This document shows, one piece after another, positions 42,120 to 52,471 of a stretch of 58,874 bases of DNA (within the stretch, counting starts at the first letter, position 1; the number at the start of each line of letters is the position of its first letter). The notes beneath the pieces were generated by a model. It was given only the letters and a program-made list of their open reading frames with translations, was not told where the DNA came from and searched no databases. This DNA comes from an uncultured Rhodothermaceae bacterium (GTDB lineage Bacteria > Bacteroidota > Rhodothermia > Rhodothermales > Bin80), in contig CAZXEU010000089.1 of the NCBI GenBank assembly GCA_964639665.1, forward strand, positions 1 through 58,874, read 5' to 3'. Position numbers and translations under genes: made by a program.

Positions 42120-43628
42120 CTACTGGGCACGGGTGGCAAAGCTCCAGCGCTCGATGTGCGAGGGGCTCCTATTGTCCATGACTTCAAGAATCTGCGCCAC
42201 GATGTCGGGATGCTGGGCTGCGATGTCGTGCTGCTCGCCGATATCCATGGACAGGTCGTAGAGCTGAACCGGCGCTTCGGGATCCTCATGTCCTCCGAGC
42301 CGGACCCCCTTCCAGTCGCCGATGCGCGCGGCCTGCGCGCCTCCCCAGCGCCGGGCGTGGTACTCCCAGTACATTTCCGACGGAGGCGAGGCCGGATCGG
42401 AGCCCCGGATCGTGGCCAGAAAGGAAATCCCGTCTAGGTCCCCGGGTGTTTCGAGCTCCATAAGCTCGGCAATGGTGGGAATGACGTCCCAGAACGCGGT
42501 CACCCGGTCACTGGTGGTCCCGGCCGGCGTGTGGCCGGGCCACCGGACTATCATGGGAACCCGTATGCCCCCTTCGTAGACTTCTCCCTTGCGGCCCCGC
42601 AGCGGACCGCTGCTTCGAAAAAATTCGGCGTCCACGCTCTGCAAGAACGTCGGGCCGTTATCGCTCGAGAACATGACCAGCGTGTTGTCGCGCAGGCCGA
42701 GTTCGTCCAGCACGGCAAGGATTTGCCCGACGTGCGTGTCCATTCTCGTAATCATGGCCGCGTATGCCGACTTCGGGCGGATATGCGGCAAGTAGCCGTG
42801 CTCTCCCAGGTCCGGCTCCTCCTCAAACATGCCGTCGTATTGGGCCAGGTCTTCATCCGGCACTTGCAGTGCAAGGTGGGGAACGATGTGCGGCATGTAA
42901 AGGAAAAAGGGACCGTCCGCGTGGCTTCGAATGAACTGCTCGGCTTCCTGCGTCATCAGATCCGGAGCATAATCGACACCCTTGTACCGGGCATATTCTG
43001 CCGGATCTTGGGGGTCTTCGCCTTCGAATCGCTGATGCGGGTGAAAGTACTCGTTGCGCAGCGTGTCCCACTCGGTGTTGCGCCATAGGTGGCTAGGATA
43101 GTAGTTGTGCGCCTGCTTCTGGTCCAGGTAACCATAGAAGAAATCGAATCCCTGCAGATTGGGCACGCCGGTTGAAGCCGGGCCGCCAAGTCCCCATTTT
43201 CCGACTACGGCGGTAGCGTATCCGGCATCTTGCAGCATGCGTCCCAGCGTAAACGTGCCGGGCTCAAGCGGAAGCTGCCCTCGCTCCTCCGAATCCAGGA
43301 ATCCTCCCAGTTCGAAGTTGTCCCGGACATAGCAGTTGCCTGTGTGCTTACCTGTCAGGAGTGTGCAGCGGGAAGGTGCGCAAACGGGGCTGCCGCTATA
43401 ATGCTGTGTAAACCGCATGCCATCCGCTGCGAGCTGGTCCAGATGGGGCGTGCGTATCAGGGACTGTCCGTACGAGCCCAGCTCACCATAGCCGAGATCG
43501 TCCGCAAGGATGTAAATGATGTTCGGCCTTTGCGCCGTCTGTTCCGGCCCCGAGCAGCCGATTCCAAGGAGCAGTGGCAGCCAGAAGAGTCGCATTAGCA
43601 TGGTGGATGTCATCTGGTTCGAAGACAA
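42120..43628 (-). CDS. Cys-type arylsulfatase (sulfatase family), lipoprotein
   Basis: Lipobox LLLGIGCSG. PNIIYILADDLGYGELG, the formylglycine motif CAPSRCTLLTGK, and GKWGLG are present. Confidence 0.9.
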   Translation of the reverse strand: MSSNQMTSTMLMRLFWLPLLLGIGCSGPEQTAQRPNIIYILADDLGYGELGSYGQSLIRTPHLDQLAADGMRFTQHYSGSPVCAPSRCTLLTGKHTGNCYVRDNFELGGFLDSEERGQLPLEPGTFTLGRMLQDAGYATAVVGKWGLGGPASTGVPNLQGFDFFYGYLDQKQAHNYYPSHLWRNTEWDTLRNEYFHPHQRFEGEDPQDPAEYARYKGVDYAPDLMTQEAEQFIRSHADGPFFLYMPHIVPHLALQVPDEDLAQYDGMFEEEPDLGEHGYLPHIRPKSAYAAMITRMDTHVGQILAVLDELGLRDNTLVMFSSDNGPTFLQSVDAEFFRSSGPLRGRKGEVYEGGIRVPMIVRWPGHTPAGTTSDRVTAFWDVIPTIAELMELETPGDLDGISFLATIRGSDPASPPSEMYWEYHARRWGGAQAARIGDWKGVRLGGHEDPEAPVQLYDLSMDIGEQHDIAAQHPDIVAQILEVMDNRSPSHIERWSFATRAQ

Positions 43629-44062
43629 AACATAGTGCCTCCCGGGCGCACCATCAACCGCCTGTGGGCCTGGCGAAGCCTTGTTGGCGGTTCACCCGGC
43701 GATGCGGGCTCAGCCGTCGCCGCGACGTCATCATTGGCCATGGCCTCGTAATGGCCGGGAGGACCTGCGGCACAAGGGTGCACCAGATGTGTGCAGTCGG
43801 GCTCGCTCAACGGCAAGTCCGTGTATTGGTCAAACAGCTCAGCAAGCCCGTGGTGGCGAATGGCACTGCAGGTGCGTGCGGCCTGGCCGGAGGGTTGTCA
43901 AGCTCCCGATTGCCCTGGCCCTGATCCCGCGCATGTGTCCGGATAGGCGGAGCCGAAGAGCGCGTGCCGTTTGCGCATTGCACATTCTTGCCACGGGCAC
44001 CCGCAAGCCTCTCTTGGACGCCACAGACCGGCGCCATGCATACCCGTGGCCAGCCCAGCCTG

Positions 44063-45982
44063 CTACCGATCCGTCCGAAACGGCGCGGCCGGCAATCCTT
44101 CGCTGTTATAGAGATTGGCCCGGTCGGGGTTGTCCGCCCATGCGTATCGCACTGCCACGGGGTCCGCAATGGCTTCGCTTGATACCACGACCGAGTTTCC
44201 TTCCAAACGCGCGTCGGCCCACACGAACGGTCCGTCCGCACCGGCGACCGCAAAGCCCCCAGGTTCCCCGCCACGCGTAGTGAGTCCGGAGCCAACATGG
44301 TCAAAGTACAGGGTGACCTCGTTCCCGTCGATACGGTGCGCACGGTAGACCGGACCCGAGTACACAAGCTCTTCGCCATAGGCGATGTGCCGCGCGGCCA
44401 GGGCAAGGCGGCTTCCTACATCCTGTTTGTTGCGCGGGTGAATATCCAGCGCGTCGCCTATATCGATGGTTATGGCCTGACCGACGTTATCAAGAGAGAG
44501 GGCGGATGCCTGCGACTCGCGTAGAATGGCCCAGTGGCTGTCCCCCGGCTCGGGCTCGGCCGCGCGGAAATTGGCGAGCGAAACGAAAAGGAAGGGCGCA
44601 TCGTCATGGTTCCAGAGATCTCGCCAGCCGGAAATCATGGACTGGAACAAGCTCGCGTATGCCGCCGCATCTTCCGCGTTGCCGGCATTCGACTCCCCCT
44701 GGTACCAAATAAAACCGGTCGCGGGAAACGATAGGATGGGATGAATCATCTTGTTGTAGAGTACCGTGGGCACGTGGTTCTTCCCTGCGTTCCGGTTTAC
44801 GGAAAACATGCCGATTCGGAATTTCCACGTCTCGCCCAGGAGAGTCGTGCCGCCGCCGGATTCGATTCTGAGATCATCCTCCATGCCCAGCATGCCCCCA
44901 TTGCCGCCAAAGTCCTGAATGCGAACGGCGATGGTATTGGTGCCGGCTTGAAGGACTCCCTCCGGCAATTCGTAGACGCGCAGGTTTTGGACGCCCTGGG
45001 TCTGCCCGACCAATACGCCGTTAACCCACGTCATGTCGCGGTCGTCCAGCTGCCCCAGGTGCAGCGTGGCACCGGGAAGCTGATCCCCGCTTAGCTCGAT
45101 CGTGGTCCTGTACCAGCCGATTCCGTCAAGCCCTTCGTAGCCTGCGGACTCCCAGCTTCCGGGCACGGCAATGTCGCTCCATTGCGCCAGATCCAGGGCG
45201 GGGTCGGCCCACACGGCAATACTGTCCGCAAAGCCCGGGTCCTCGGAGTCGGATGCGCCGTGCTCGACCGTGTAGGTTTGCAGGAGCTCTTCGTAGGCGA
45301 GACTGTCTGCCTCCAGACGGGCTGCGACCGAGTCGGGATGTACCTCCAACATGTCGGGGTTCATCCAGGCTTCGACGCGGCTGCCCCCCCAGGACGTGTT
45401 GAGGATGCCAACGGGGATGTCCATGCTCTCGCGCAGCGACTGCGCAAAGAAGTATCCGACGGCCGTAAATGCGCCCACGTGCGCCGAGTCTGCCGGATGC
45501 CATTCGCCGCCTGCCAGCGTGGATTGCGGGGTGTATGCCCAGGAGTGCGGGACCTTCAGGTGCCGGATCATCGGATCATTGGCCTCTCGAATCTCCTGCT
45601 CCGCATTCTGCGACACTATTACAGGCCACTCCATATTAGACTGCCCTGAAGCGATCCATACATCGCCGAACCAGATGTCGCCAAATTCCAATTCCTCGTC
45701 GGTAGTGGAAACAGCAAGCCGGTGCGGCCCTCCTGCTTCGTGTGCCTGAATCTCTGCGCGCCACGTCCCATCGCGCCCCGCTCGCACTTCCTGCACTGCA
45801 TCGTCCAGCGCTACCGTGACGGTTTCTCCGGCCGTGGCGGTGCCCCAAACCGGAACAGTCGTATTGCGCTGCAGCACGGCGCCGTCAGAAAACAGTCGTG
45901 AGACCGTAAGGGGTGCTTCGACTCCTGGACCGCTGCAGCCGAAAGCCAATAGAAGCGCGAGCAGAATGAGTGGGCGTGACAT
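44063..45982 (-). CDS. sialate O-acetylesterase-like (SASA/DUF303 family) lipoprotein
   Basis: Lipobox LLLAFGCSG. GDVWIASGQSNMEWPV (GQSNM) and the later WYQGESN block fit the family. The start was moved from 46090 to ATG 45982. Confidence 0.8.
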   Translation of the reverse strand: MSRPLILLALLLAFGCSGPGVEAPLTVSRLFSDGAVLQRNTTVPVWGTATAGETVTVALDDAVQEVRAGRDGTWRAEIQAHEAGGPHRLAVSTTDEELEFGDIWFGDVWIASGQSNMEWPVIVSQNAEQEIREANDPMIRHLKVPHSWAYTPQSTLAGGEWHPADSAHVGAFTAVGYFFAQSLRESMDIPVGILNTSWGGSRVEAWMNPDMLEVHPDSVAARLEADSLAYEELLQTYTVEHGASDSEDPGFADSIAVWADPALDLAQWSDIAVPGSWESAGYEGLDGIGWYRTTIELSGDQLPGATLHLGQLDDRDMTWVNGVLVGQTQGVQNLRVYELPEGVLQAGTNTIAVRIQDFGGNGGMLGMEDDLRIESGGGTTLLGETWKFRIGMFSVNRNAGKNHVPTVLYNKMIHPILSFPATGFIWYQGESNAGNAEDAAAYASLFQSMISGWRDLWNHDDAPFLFVSLANFRAAEPEPGDSHWAILRESQASALSLDNVGQAITIDIGDALDIHPRNKQDVGSRLALAARHIAYGEELVYSGPVYRAHRIDGNEVTLYFDHVGSGLTTRGGEPGGFAVAGADGPFVWADARLEGNSVVVSSEAIADPVAVRYAWADNPDRANLYNSEGLPAAPFRTDR

Positions 45983-46381
45983 CTTGATTCCAGATTTAAT
46001 GACATGCGAGGCCGTAGGCAGGCCAAAATAGGGAATAGTACGCGCCGGGCAAAGGTATGAACGAATGGCGGCCGGCGAATCCAGAGCCACGACGGCTTGC
46101 GACCGGCAATGGCCCGGGCTATGCGGGCGCGGCAGGCAGCCTCCATGTTGCGTCCCGGTCAGGATTGCTCCATTCGTGCCGTGTCAGAGCCAGGTGGCGG
46201 TTCGGGCGTCCGCCTCCGGGCCATTTCATGGCTGTCGCCGGAGCCCGTCCGGATCAGAATGCGGCATTCCGCAGCTGCGCGCTTGATCGCGGTCCGAAGC
46301 GAGCGGAAGCACATTGCGCTGTTTGAGCGGAATCCCCATTCGGCGTTGCGCCTCCGGTGCAAGAGTTCTCGCATCCGGACA

Positions 46382-47761
46382 TTAGCGCTTTACAATCCGC
46401 GCTCTGACAACGTTAGGGGCACCGATTTCATCTGTAGTGACGCCGTAGAGCATGCCGTTGCGTACAATTGGTTCAGGATCAGAATGCAACGGGAACGGAA
46501 GGCGCAGTTCCGACAGATATCGTCCTTCTGGATCAAAGAGATCGAATAGGCGGTGTTCCTCCCCGGGCGTCACAGCTTGCCGCTTCACCCAGAGATTGCC
46601 TTCATCGTCGCAGAAAAATGAGACCACTGCGGGCTTCGTTCTCGGAATCCTTGACCAGTCGACTGTCCCGCCCATATTGATGAACCACTGGAATCCCTCG
46701 CGCACCTCATCCATTTCTTCCTGCGTTACGGCGATCGCTTCATGATCTCTGGAGACCCGTCGGAGCGTCTCTCCAGCCGGAGTCAGTTCGACAAGCTCAT
46801 AGTCCTTGGTGGTCAGCGTCCAAAGGTTGCCGGTCGGCGAGAACCGCCAGTCGAAGGATCCCTTAAAGGGAATCCGCTCGGCAATGGACGAGAGCCCATC
46901 GTCAGTGACATGCGTGAAGGCTTCCCTTTCGACGGTAGTCTCGGGAACCGGGATGGTGTCAAGCGGACTCAGCTGCTGATCAAACCGGGCCACTACATAG
47001 GTGATATCGAAATCAGTAAAGAATGGAACAATGGCGTTGTAGCGCCCCTGGAAGTCGAATCCGCCCCTGTACGGGTTCAGGCCTACTCCCGGGTTGCCTA
47101 TCGACTCGGTCCTGAGGTATCGACCTTCCGGATCGAAAACGGACAGCTGCGCCTTGATCATCTGCATGACCAGGGCATCGCCGTTCTGACTGATGTCCAC
47201 TGCAAGGGCCTGTTCGAATTCTGCTGGCCCGGCCCCCTTGCTTCCAAACGTGCGCACGAATGTCCCGTCCGGATCGAATACGCTGATTTCCTGGGCCTGA
47301 AAATCCAGAACGTAGATCCGTCCCTGCCTGTCTACATCAAAGGACATGATGCTTCCAAAGATCGGCGCCTCGCCGTTGGTATCTGTTCCAAGCCTTACTT
47401 CCTCCACGAACTGCCACGCATCTGCCTGATCCCACAGCGGCTCGGCGGTATTCCGGACTAGGAGCTCTCCGGAAGCAAGCATGTCAATTGTGCCGGTCCA
47501 GCCTGCGTCGGCACCGAAGTTGCCCGGTTGACAGCCGGTGCCGCAAAAGGCGACCGTGAGTGCAAGCGTCCAGCTTGCGACTGCGCGGGATGGTGGCGTG
47601 GCAAACTCCGGGCTTGGTGATACAATCCAGGCAAAAGCAAGGACGCAGTGAATATACGATGTCGCCCCGGCGCATGGAGCGGCGAGCGTCACGATAGAGC
47701 GTCCCTGGCTGCAGCAGTCAACAGGCTCCCGGGTTGCAAGACTCTCGATGCGGCCAGTCAA
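46382..47761 (-). CDS. 6-bladed beta-propeller protein, GxGPGEF type (paralog 1), N-terminus unresolved
   Basis: Shares with 48001..49140 and 52472..53680 the blocks FGSIMSFDVDRQGRIYVLD, FGSKGAGPAEF and IPRTKPAVVSFFCDDEGNLWV. A possible lipobox TVAFCGTGC exists, but no in-frame ATG lies near it. The ORF opens at TTG 47761. Confidence 0.7.
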   Translation of the reverse strand: MTGRIESLATREPVDCCSQGRSIVTLAAPCAGATSYIHCVLAFAWIVSPSPEFATPPSRAVASWTLALTVAFCGTGCQPGNFGADAGWTGTIDMLASGELLVRNTAEPLWDQADAWQFVEEVRLGTDTNGEAPIFGSIMSFDVDRQGRIYVLDFQAQEISVFDPDGTFVRTFGSKGAGPAEFEQALAVDISQNGDALVMQMIKAQLSVFDPEGRYLRTESIGNPGVGLNPYRGGFDFQGRYNAIVPFFTDFDITYVVARFDQQLSPLDTIPVPETTVEREAFTHVTDDGLSSIAERIPFKGSFDWRFSPTGNLWTLTTKDYELVELTPAGETLRRVSRDHEAIAVTQEEMDEVREGFQWFINMGGTVDWSRIPRTKPAVVSFFCDDEGNLWVKRQAVTPGEEHRLFDLFDPEGRYLSELRLPFPLHSDPEPIVRNGMLYGVTTDEIGAPNVVRARIVKR

Positions 47762-48000
47762 GTGCCGGGCTGCCGTCCGGGGTTAGGCCGGCTGGACGGT
47801 CGGGCGTGATTCGCGAGGTGGCGCGCGCACGCTTTTATGCAGGGCACTTTCCCCGCATGCATTCGGATGGAGCGGCCGCGAAATAATGCGGGGCGTCGCT
47901 ACGTTACAGGATGGGCTATGCCGTAAGTTGTCATGGCAGTCGAGTGTTGATCTTGCTGCAAGCGAATGTCGATCCGGGATTCAGACCGGGACCAACCCGT

Positions 48001-49140
48001 ATGGAAAGTCAAATCAGGTTGGCCGCGGCGGTCTTGTTGCCAGCTGTTCTGGCCGCCGGCGCATGCCAGCGTGCTGCGGACCAGCGCCACAATCGTCAGG
48101 CAGGCGTCTTTGCACTGGCAGAAGCTTACCGGATTGGCGATGAGGCCGCTGGGGATTCGGTGCTCCTGGGCAGTGTTCGCGGCATGGCCGTTGATTCCAG
48201 AGGGCAGTTATATGTCACGGACAGCGGATTCGGGGGCGTTCGTGTGTATTCGTCTGACGGGGCACTGATTGGCCGAATCGGACGGGAGGGTAGTGGCCCC
48301 GGAGAATTTGCGCAAACACCCTCGGTGCAGGTAGGGCCAGGTGATTCCCTGTACGCATGGGATTCCTACGCGGGTCAGCTGTCCATTTTTGCGCCAACTG
48401 ATCATTCGTTTGTTTCAAGATTGGATGTGGGCTTATCCGAAAGTGATCGCCTCTACCCCTCTGAAGTACTTGCCGCGACGAGCCGAGGCTTCTTCTTCCA
48501 GTACCGGCCCTTTTTCTCAGCGGGCTCCGACGAGCTCAGCAGCAGGCGAGATCGGGTCAAGCTCGTAGACTGGAATGGCGTTGTTTTGGAGGAATCCGTT
48601 GCGGAACTGCCCAGCAGGGAAGGCCTGGCAATTGCAACAAGCACTTCCGTTACTGCTTACGGACTGCCTTTTGCCGTCAGTCCCCACTTCGCCATCGGCT
48701 CCACCCAGGTATTGTACTACGGCTCAAGCGACGCCGTCCGAATTGCAAGCTTGTCACTGATGGATGCCACACAGGAAGAATTCACCGTGCCGCATACGCC
48801 CGTGCCAATCACTCCAGCGGAGCGGGCGCAGACAATCGCGGAAGCTCCCGAAAACTTCCATGAACTGCTGAGAGAACATCTTCCGACCGTCAAGCCGGCA
48901 TTCAGCAGGCTTGTGCCGGACGACGCGGGCCGTCTGTGGATTGAACTGAACCAGAGAGTGGGTGAGGACACAATAACGTGGGTGACTGTGGACGAGGAGG
49001 GTCTTGTAGTCTCCAGAGCTCATCTGTCTGAGAATATGCGGCTATGGGTCATTCGTGGCGGCCGCGCGTATGGTACCTTGACTGATCAGGCAACCGGGGC
49101 GCCGATGGCTGGCGCCTGGGACATCCTTCCGCAGCAATAG
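48001..49140 (+). CDS. 6-bladed beta-propeller lipoprotein, GxGPGEF type (paralog 2)
   Basis: Signal and lipobox MESQIRLAAAVLLPAVLAAGAC. Family blocks are YRIGDEAAGDSVLLGSVRGMAVDSRGQLYVTD, GREGSGPGEF and LPTVKPAFSRLVPDDAGRLWI. Confidence 0.8.
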   Translation: MESQIRLAAAVLLPAVLAAGACQRAADQRHNRQAGVFALAEAYRIGDEAAGDSVLLGSVRGMAVDSRGQLYVTDSGFGGVRVYSSDGALIGRIGREGSGPGEFAQTPSVQVGPGDSLYAWDSYAGQLSIFAPTDHSFVSRLDVGLSESDRLYPSEVLAATSRGFFFQYRPFFSAGSDELSSRRDRVKLVDWNGVVLEESVAELPSREGLAIATSTSVTAYGLPFAVSPHFAIGSTQVLYYGSSDAVRIASLSLMDATQEEFTVPHTPVPITPAERAQTIAEAPENFHELLREHLPTVKPAFSRLVPDDAGRLWIELNQRVGEDTITWVTVDEEGLVVSRAHLSENMRLWVIRGGRAYGTLTDQATGAPMAGAWDILPQQ

Positions 49141-49196
49141 GAATTCGGTATTTGAAGCGTTCTTACACGCTTCAGCTACAGGCGACGGTGCCCTCC

Positions 49197-51290
49197 ATGC
49201 GAAGCGCGACGCCACTTGTGCCATACGCCGCAGTGCTCGCGCTGGCGCTCGCGGCGATTGCCCTTGTCTCTTGTTCGGAATCCGGGCCGAGCGCGGAAGA
49301 GCGCTTGCAGCGGGCGCGCGAGGAATTTGAAGCCTTCAGTTTCCTGGCTGCGCGCGACGGCTTCGCGCAGGCCCTGGAAAGGGACCCTGAATACTCCGAG
49401 GCAGCCTACGGCTACGCCCGCGTTCTTGGCGAACTCAACCAGTACGAGGATGCTGTTGCGGCATTCGAAAAGGCGTTGAAGCTTTCCGCCGATGATCCGC
49501 GCGTGCACGAAGAGTACTTAAGCACGCTGGTCTGGGGCGGAAGGCTTCGCGGTCGGCGCGACTGGCTTGATCGTGCTATCGAACTTGGCAGCGGGACCAT
49601 TCAAGCCTTTCCGCATCGCGTAGGCCCTTATGAAAGCGTTGAGGATGCCGTTGGCGAACTGAACCAGTCGAAGAGATGGCTTGAGATTCTGGACTCGTTG
49701 GCGACCGATGCGGGAGGTACGCACTCCGTGCGCATCGATGCATCGCCGGTCTTTCGCATTCACCGTGTGCAGGCGCGACTGACGGCGGCGCGCTCGGGCG
49801 CCGACGAGGAAGCGGCAGCGGCAATCGAGGACGCATTGCGCCAGGAGCTGGAAGCTGCTAGTGCGGCTGCGAGCGGAGCGGACGCCGACCCGGGGCGCCA
49901 GTACTTTCTGGCCGTCGGGTACGACATTCTGGGAGAATCCGAACGGCAGCGCACATGGCTGAACCGCCTCGATGAAACGCCGGAGGGCCGGCGCATGGGC
50001 GGGAGTATGGTCCATTTTGACGTGCATTTCATGGCCCATTACGCAGCGCGCGATTCGTCCTTTGAAGAGCGGCTGAGAGTCACCGGGCGCTGGAAGCGGC
50101 GCTTCCAGCCAACCTGGGACAGTGGTGATGTCGGCAAATACAGAGTTGCGCTTTCAGAGGAGCTGTCGGTACTGAGTCAGGAAGCCGGGCGTCAGCGGGA
50201 CGAGGCAGGAAGGGCGAGCCCGGAATTGCTGGATCGAGTCATGGACACGAGCCGGGACCTGGTGCGCCTGGATACCTGGCGCGGGGCAGGGCAGTATTCT
50301 CGCATGATCCAGACGCTCCTGGATCATGATGCAAGGCTGGAGGAGGCACTTGAGCTCGCGGACGAGGCAATTTACGCGCTTCAGCAAAGGCATCCCGGCC
50401 TCATCTATCCCGGCGTCCGTCCGGACGCCATGGAGCGCTCGATCGGGAACTGGATTGCCGTCTATGAAAACCACAAGGGGCGGGCGTTCGTGGCCCTGGA
50501 GCGCGACGCGGAAGCCGAGCAGTCATTCCTCTGGGCAATAGACAACGCGCCACGCAGCGACCGCCTTGCGGCACTTGGCAGACTCCTCGCGAGGCAGGGC
50601 AGGGACGAAGAGGCGTACGCGATGCTGGTGGAGGCGTTGGCACGCGACACCGAAGACGAGCGGCTCGGCAATGAAGCCGACAGCGTTCGCGCAACGGCAG
50701 TTGGGGTGGCGGCGCGCCTGGGGGACGGCGATGCGGCTGCGGACGCCGCGCTACTCGACGCCGACCTTGAGGTAGCGCGCCTGGAGGTTGCCGAAGCAGC
50801 CGTACGGCGATTGGTTGACGACCGTCTCGACCGGGAGGCCCCGGATTTCAGCCTGTTTGATACCAAGGGAACCGAGTGGCAATTGTCGCAGCTTCGCGGG
50901 AAGGTTGTGGTGCTTAACTACTGGGCCACCTGGTGTGGGCCGTGCCGCTCCGAGTTTCCGCACTACCGGGACCTGGTCAACTCATATGAGGCTGCCGAAG
51001 ATGTGGTGTTTCTTGCCATCTCAACCGATGTTGATCACAGCGAGACGCGCCAATTCCTCGCGGAGAACGGCTATGACTTTACTGTCCTCTACGATGAAGG
51101 AAGCGCCACGGACTTTGGCGTCAATGGCATACCCGCCCACTATATCCTGGGCCCCGGGGGGCGCATTCAGTACGCTTCTTCGGGCTTCCCGGGAGCCGAG
51201 CGATACAACCGCGAAATGCGATTGCGAATACAGGCGTTGCGCACAAATGGAGAGACTACAGTAAATTCTTCCGCTGCCGGCGGACACTAG
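49197..51290 (+). CDS. lipoprotein fusing a ~530-aa TPR/helical-repeat region to a C-terminal TlpA/ResA-like thioredoxin domain
   Basis: Lipobox AIALVSC. The N-terminal region carries TPR-like helices (AYGYARVLGELNQYEDAVAAFEKALKL...). The C-terminus APDFSLFDTKGTEWQLSQLRGKVVVLNYWATWCGPCRSEFP...VFLAISTD...GIPAHYILGPGG is a redoxin fold with a WCGPC active site. Confidence 0.85.
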   Translation: MRSATPLVPYAAVLALALAAIALVSCSESGPSAEERLQRAREEFEAFSFLAARDGFAQALERDPEYSEAAYGYARVLGELNQYEDAVAAFEKALKLSADDPRVHEEYLSTLVWGGRLRGRRDWLDRAIELGSGTIQAFPHRVGPYESVEDAVGELNQSKRWLEILDSLATDAGGTHSVRIDASPVFRIHRVQARLTAARSGADEEAAAAIEDALRQELEAASAAASGADADPGRQYFLAVGYDILGESERQRTWLNRLDETPEGRRMGGSMVHFDVHFMAHYAARDSSFEERLRVTGRWKRRFQPTWDSGDVGKYRVALSEELSVLSQEAGRQRDEAGRASPELLDRVMDTSRDLVRLDTWRGAGQYSRMIQTLLDHDARLEEALELADEAIYALQQRHPGLIYPGVRPDAMERSIGNWIAVYENHKGRAFVALERDAEAEQSFLWAIDNAPRSDRLAALGRLLARQGRDEEAYAMLVEALARDTEDERLGNEADSVRATAVGVAARLGDGDAAADAALLDADLEVARLEVAEAAVRRLVDDRLDREAPDFSLFDTKGTEWQLSQLRGKVVVLNYWATWCGPCRSEFPHYRDLVNSYEAAEDVVFLAISTDVDHSETRQFLAENGYDFTVLYDEGSATDFGVNGIPAHYILGPGGRIQYASSGFPGAERYNREMRLRIQALRTNGETTVNSSAAGGH

Positions 51291-51506
51291 TCGCAGATTC
51301 TCTCTCCGCGAGGGTTCTGCCGCGCATCGGGAAGCTCCTACGGACTGAAAGGCGCTGCCCGGATCCCACTCTTGCCGCAGAGAGGCCCCGTTATGCCGGG
51401 CTCCTTGTGGCTCCCACGCAATCCACGCACTTGATTCTTGGGTCAGGTAGCAACTGCCGGCGTGCTTGCCGAACGGCACCCGGATCGAAAGAATTCGGGG
51501 AAACGA

Positions 51507-51764
51507 TTACGCCCGGAGACCGGTCCCCTTTTCTTGCAAGAATCCTTTTCGGCCCCGCATTGCATCGTAATACCCGTAGAGGATAAGGCCCCCCCAAACT
51601 CCCCATCTCCAGCTGGGCTCGGTGTAGGCTACCTGCATGGCAATTAGCGCGATTGCCGCAGGGAAAAAGATGGCGAGGCGAGAGCGTGTCGACATTGCCC
51701 GCATCCGGGGGCGGATGAACGGATAGAGAACAAGGCAGACGGCAAGTGTGATCAGGATGAACAT
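51507..51764 (-). CDS. hypothetical small membrane protein (85 aa, 2-3 TM)
   Basis: MFILITLAVCLVLYPFIRP...LAIFFPAAIALIAMQVAY...WGVWGGLILYGYYDAM. It has clear hydrophobic helices and codon usage compatible with coding. No homology was recognised. Confidence 0.45.
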   Translation of the reverse strand: MFILITLAVCLVLYPFIRPRMRAMSTRSRLAIFFPAAIALIAMQVAYTEPSWRWGVWGGLILYGYYDAMRGRKGFLQEKGTGLRA

Positions 51765-52471
51765 ATCTGCAGCGACCGATCCGAATGCGCAAACATTGGG
51801 TCATTTGCTATGTTTCGCTGACCATTCGGCGCAAGGGAGACACGGGTTGATAGCATTTGCAGCCCGACTACTCTTGATTCAGACGAAATGGGTTGCATGC
51901 TCAGTGCTGTACATGCCTTCGCAGTGGGTGCGATGGACGGTCCAGGAAGACTTATTTGGCCGATCACAATAGGCGCACAAAAGGCACGAGCGGATGAATG
52001 CAAGTGCCGTCAGTGAGTAGTTCGGGGGTATAGCGGATACCGCGCCTCGGCCTCGAAGTACGAGCATCTGGAGCTGCCAGTGGCAGCGCGGCTCACGGCG
52101 CCGTTGTCCGGCAGGGAGACAGAATGCAATGGTCGGCGCATTTAAACTCTCGCGGCGATTTCGGTCGAGCCAGGGAGTCCGAAGTGCTCCAGGCGTAACG
52201 CCGGTCCAGCAAGCCACCTGGAATCCCTCATTCTTTGGACCGTGGCCTTGCGTGTATCTTTCGTTCAGGCGCCCCGTAGACTTTAGGAGCAGGCGATCAA
52301 ATCCCGGACAGCGTAGCTCGAGGTAGGGAGCGGCCGCAGGGGAAACCCGCCAGTTACCCTAACGTTGGGCCGAGATTCTGCGGATAGGCGCTCGACACTG
52401 CATGGCAGGCTATTATTGCTCGGCGTTGCGTCCGCGTTTGGTCGCTGGCACAAGCGTCTCTGCCAAGTCCG

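Noticed and set aside
43629-44062. 435-bp gap between the second sulfatase start and the esterase stop, with 60-200-aa ORFs on both strands
   Set aside because: All the ORFs lack ATG starts or motifs. The gap is plausibly just the promoter/leader of the sulfatase plus the 3' region of the esterase. I saw no repeat or conserved RNA motif.
46100-46381. 71-aa minus-strand ORF (46159..46374) with a segment AIKRAAAECRILIRTGSGD faintly reminiscent of Mut7-C/PIN-like RILLTRD motifs
   Set aside because: The resemblance is a handful of residues. The rest is Arg-rich junk with no partner antitoxin-like ORF, so it is not supportable as a toxin gene or remnant.
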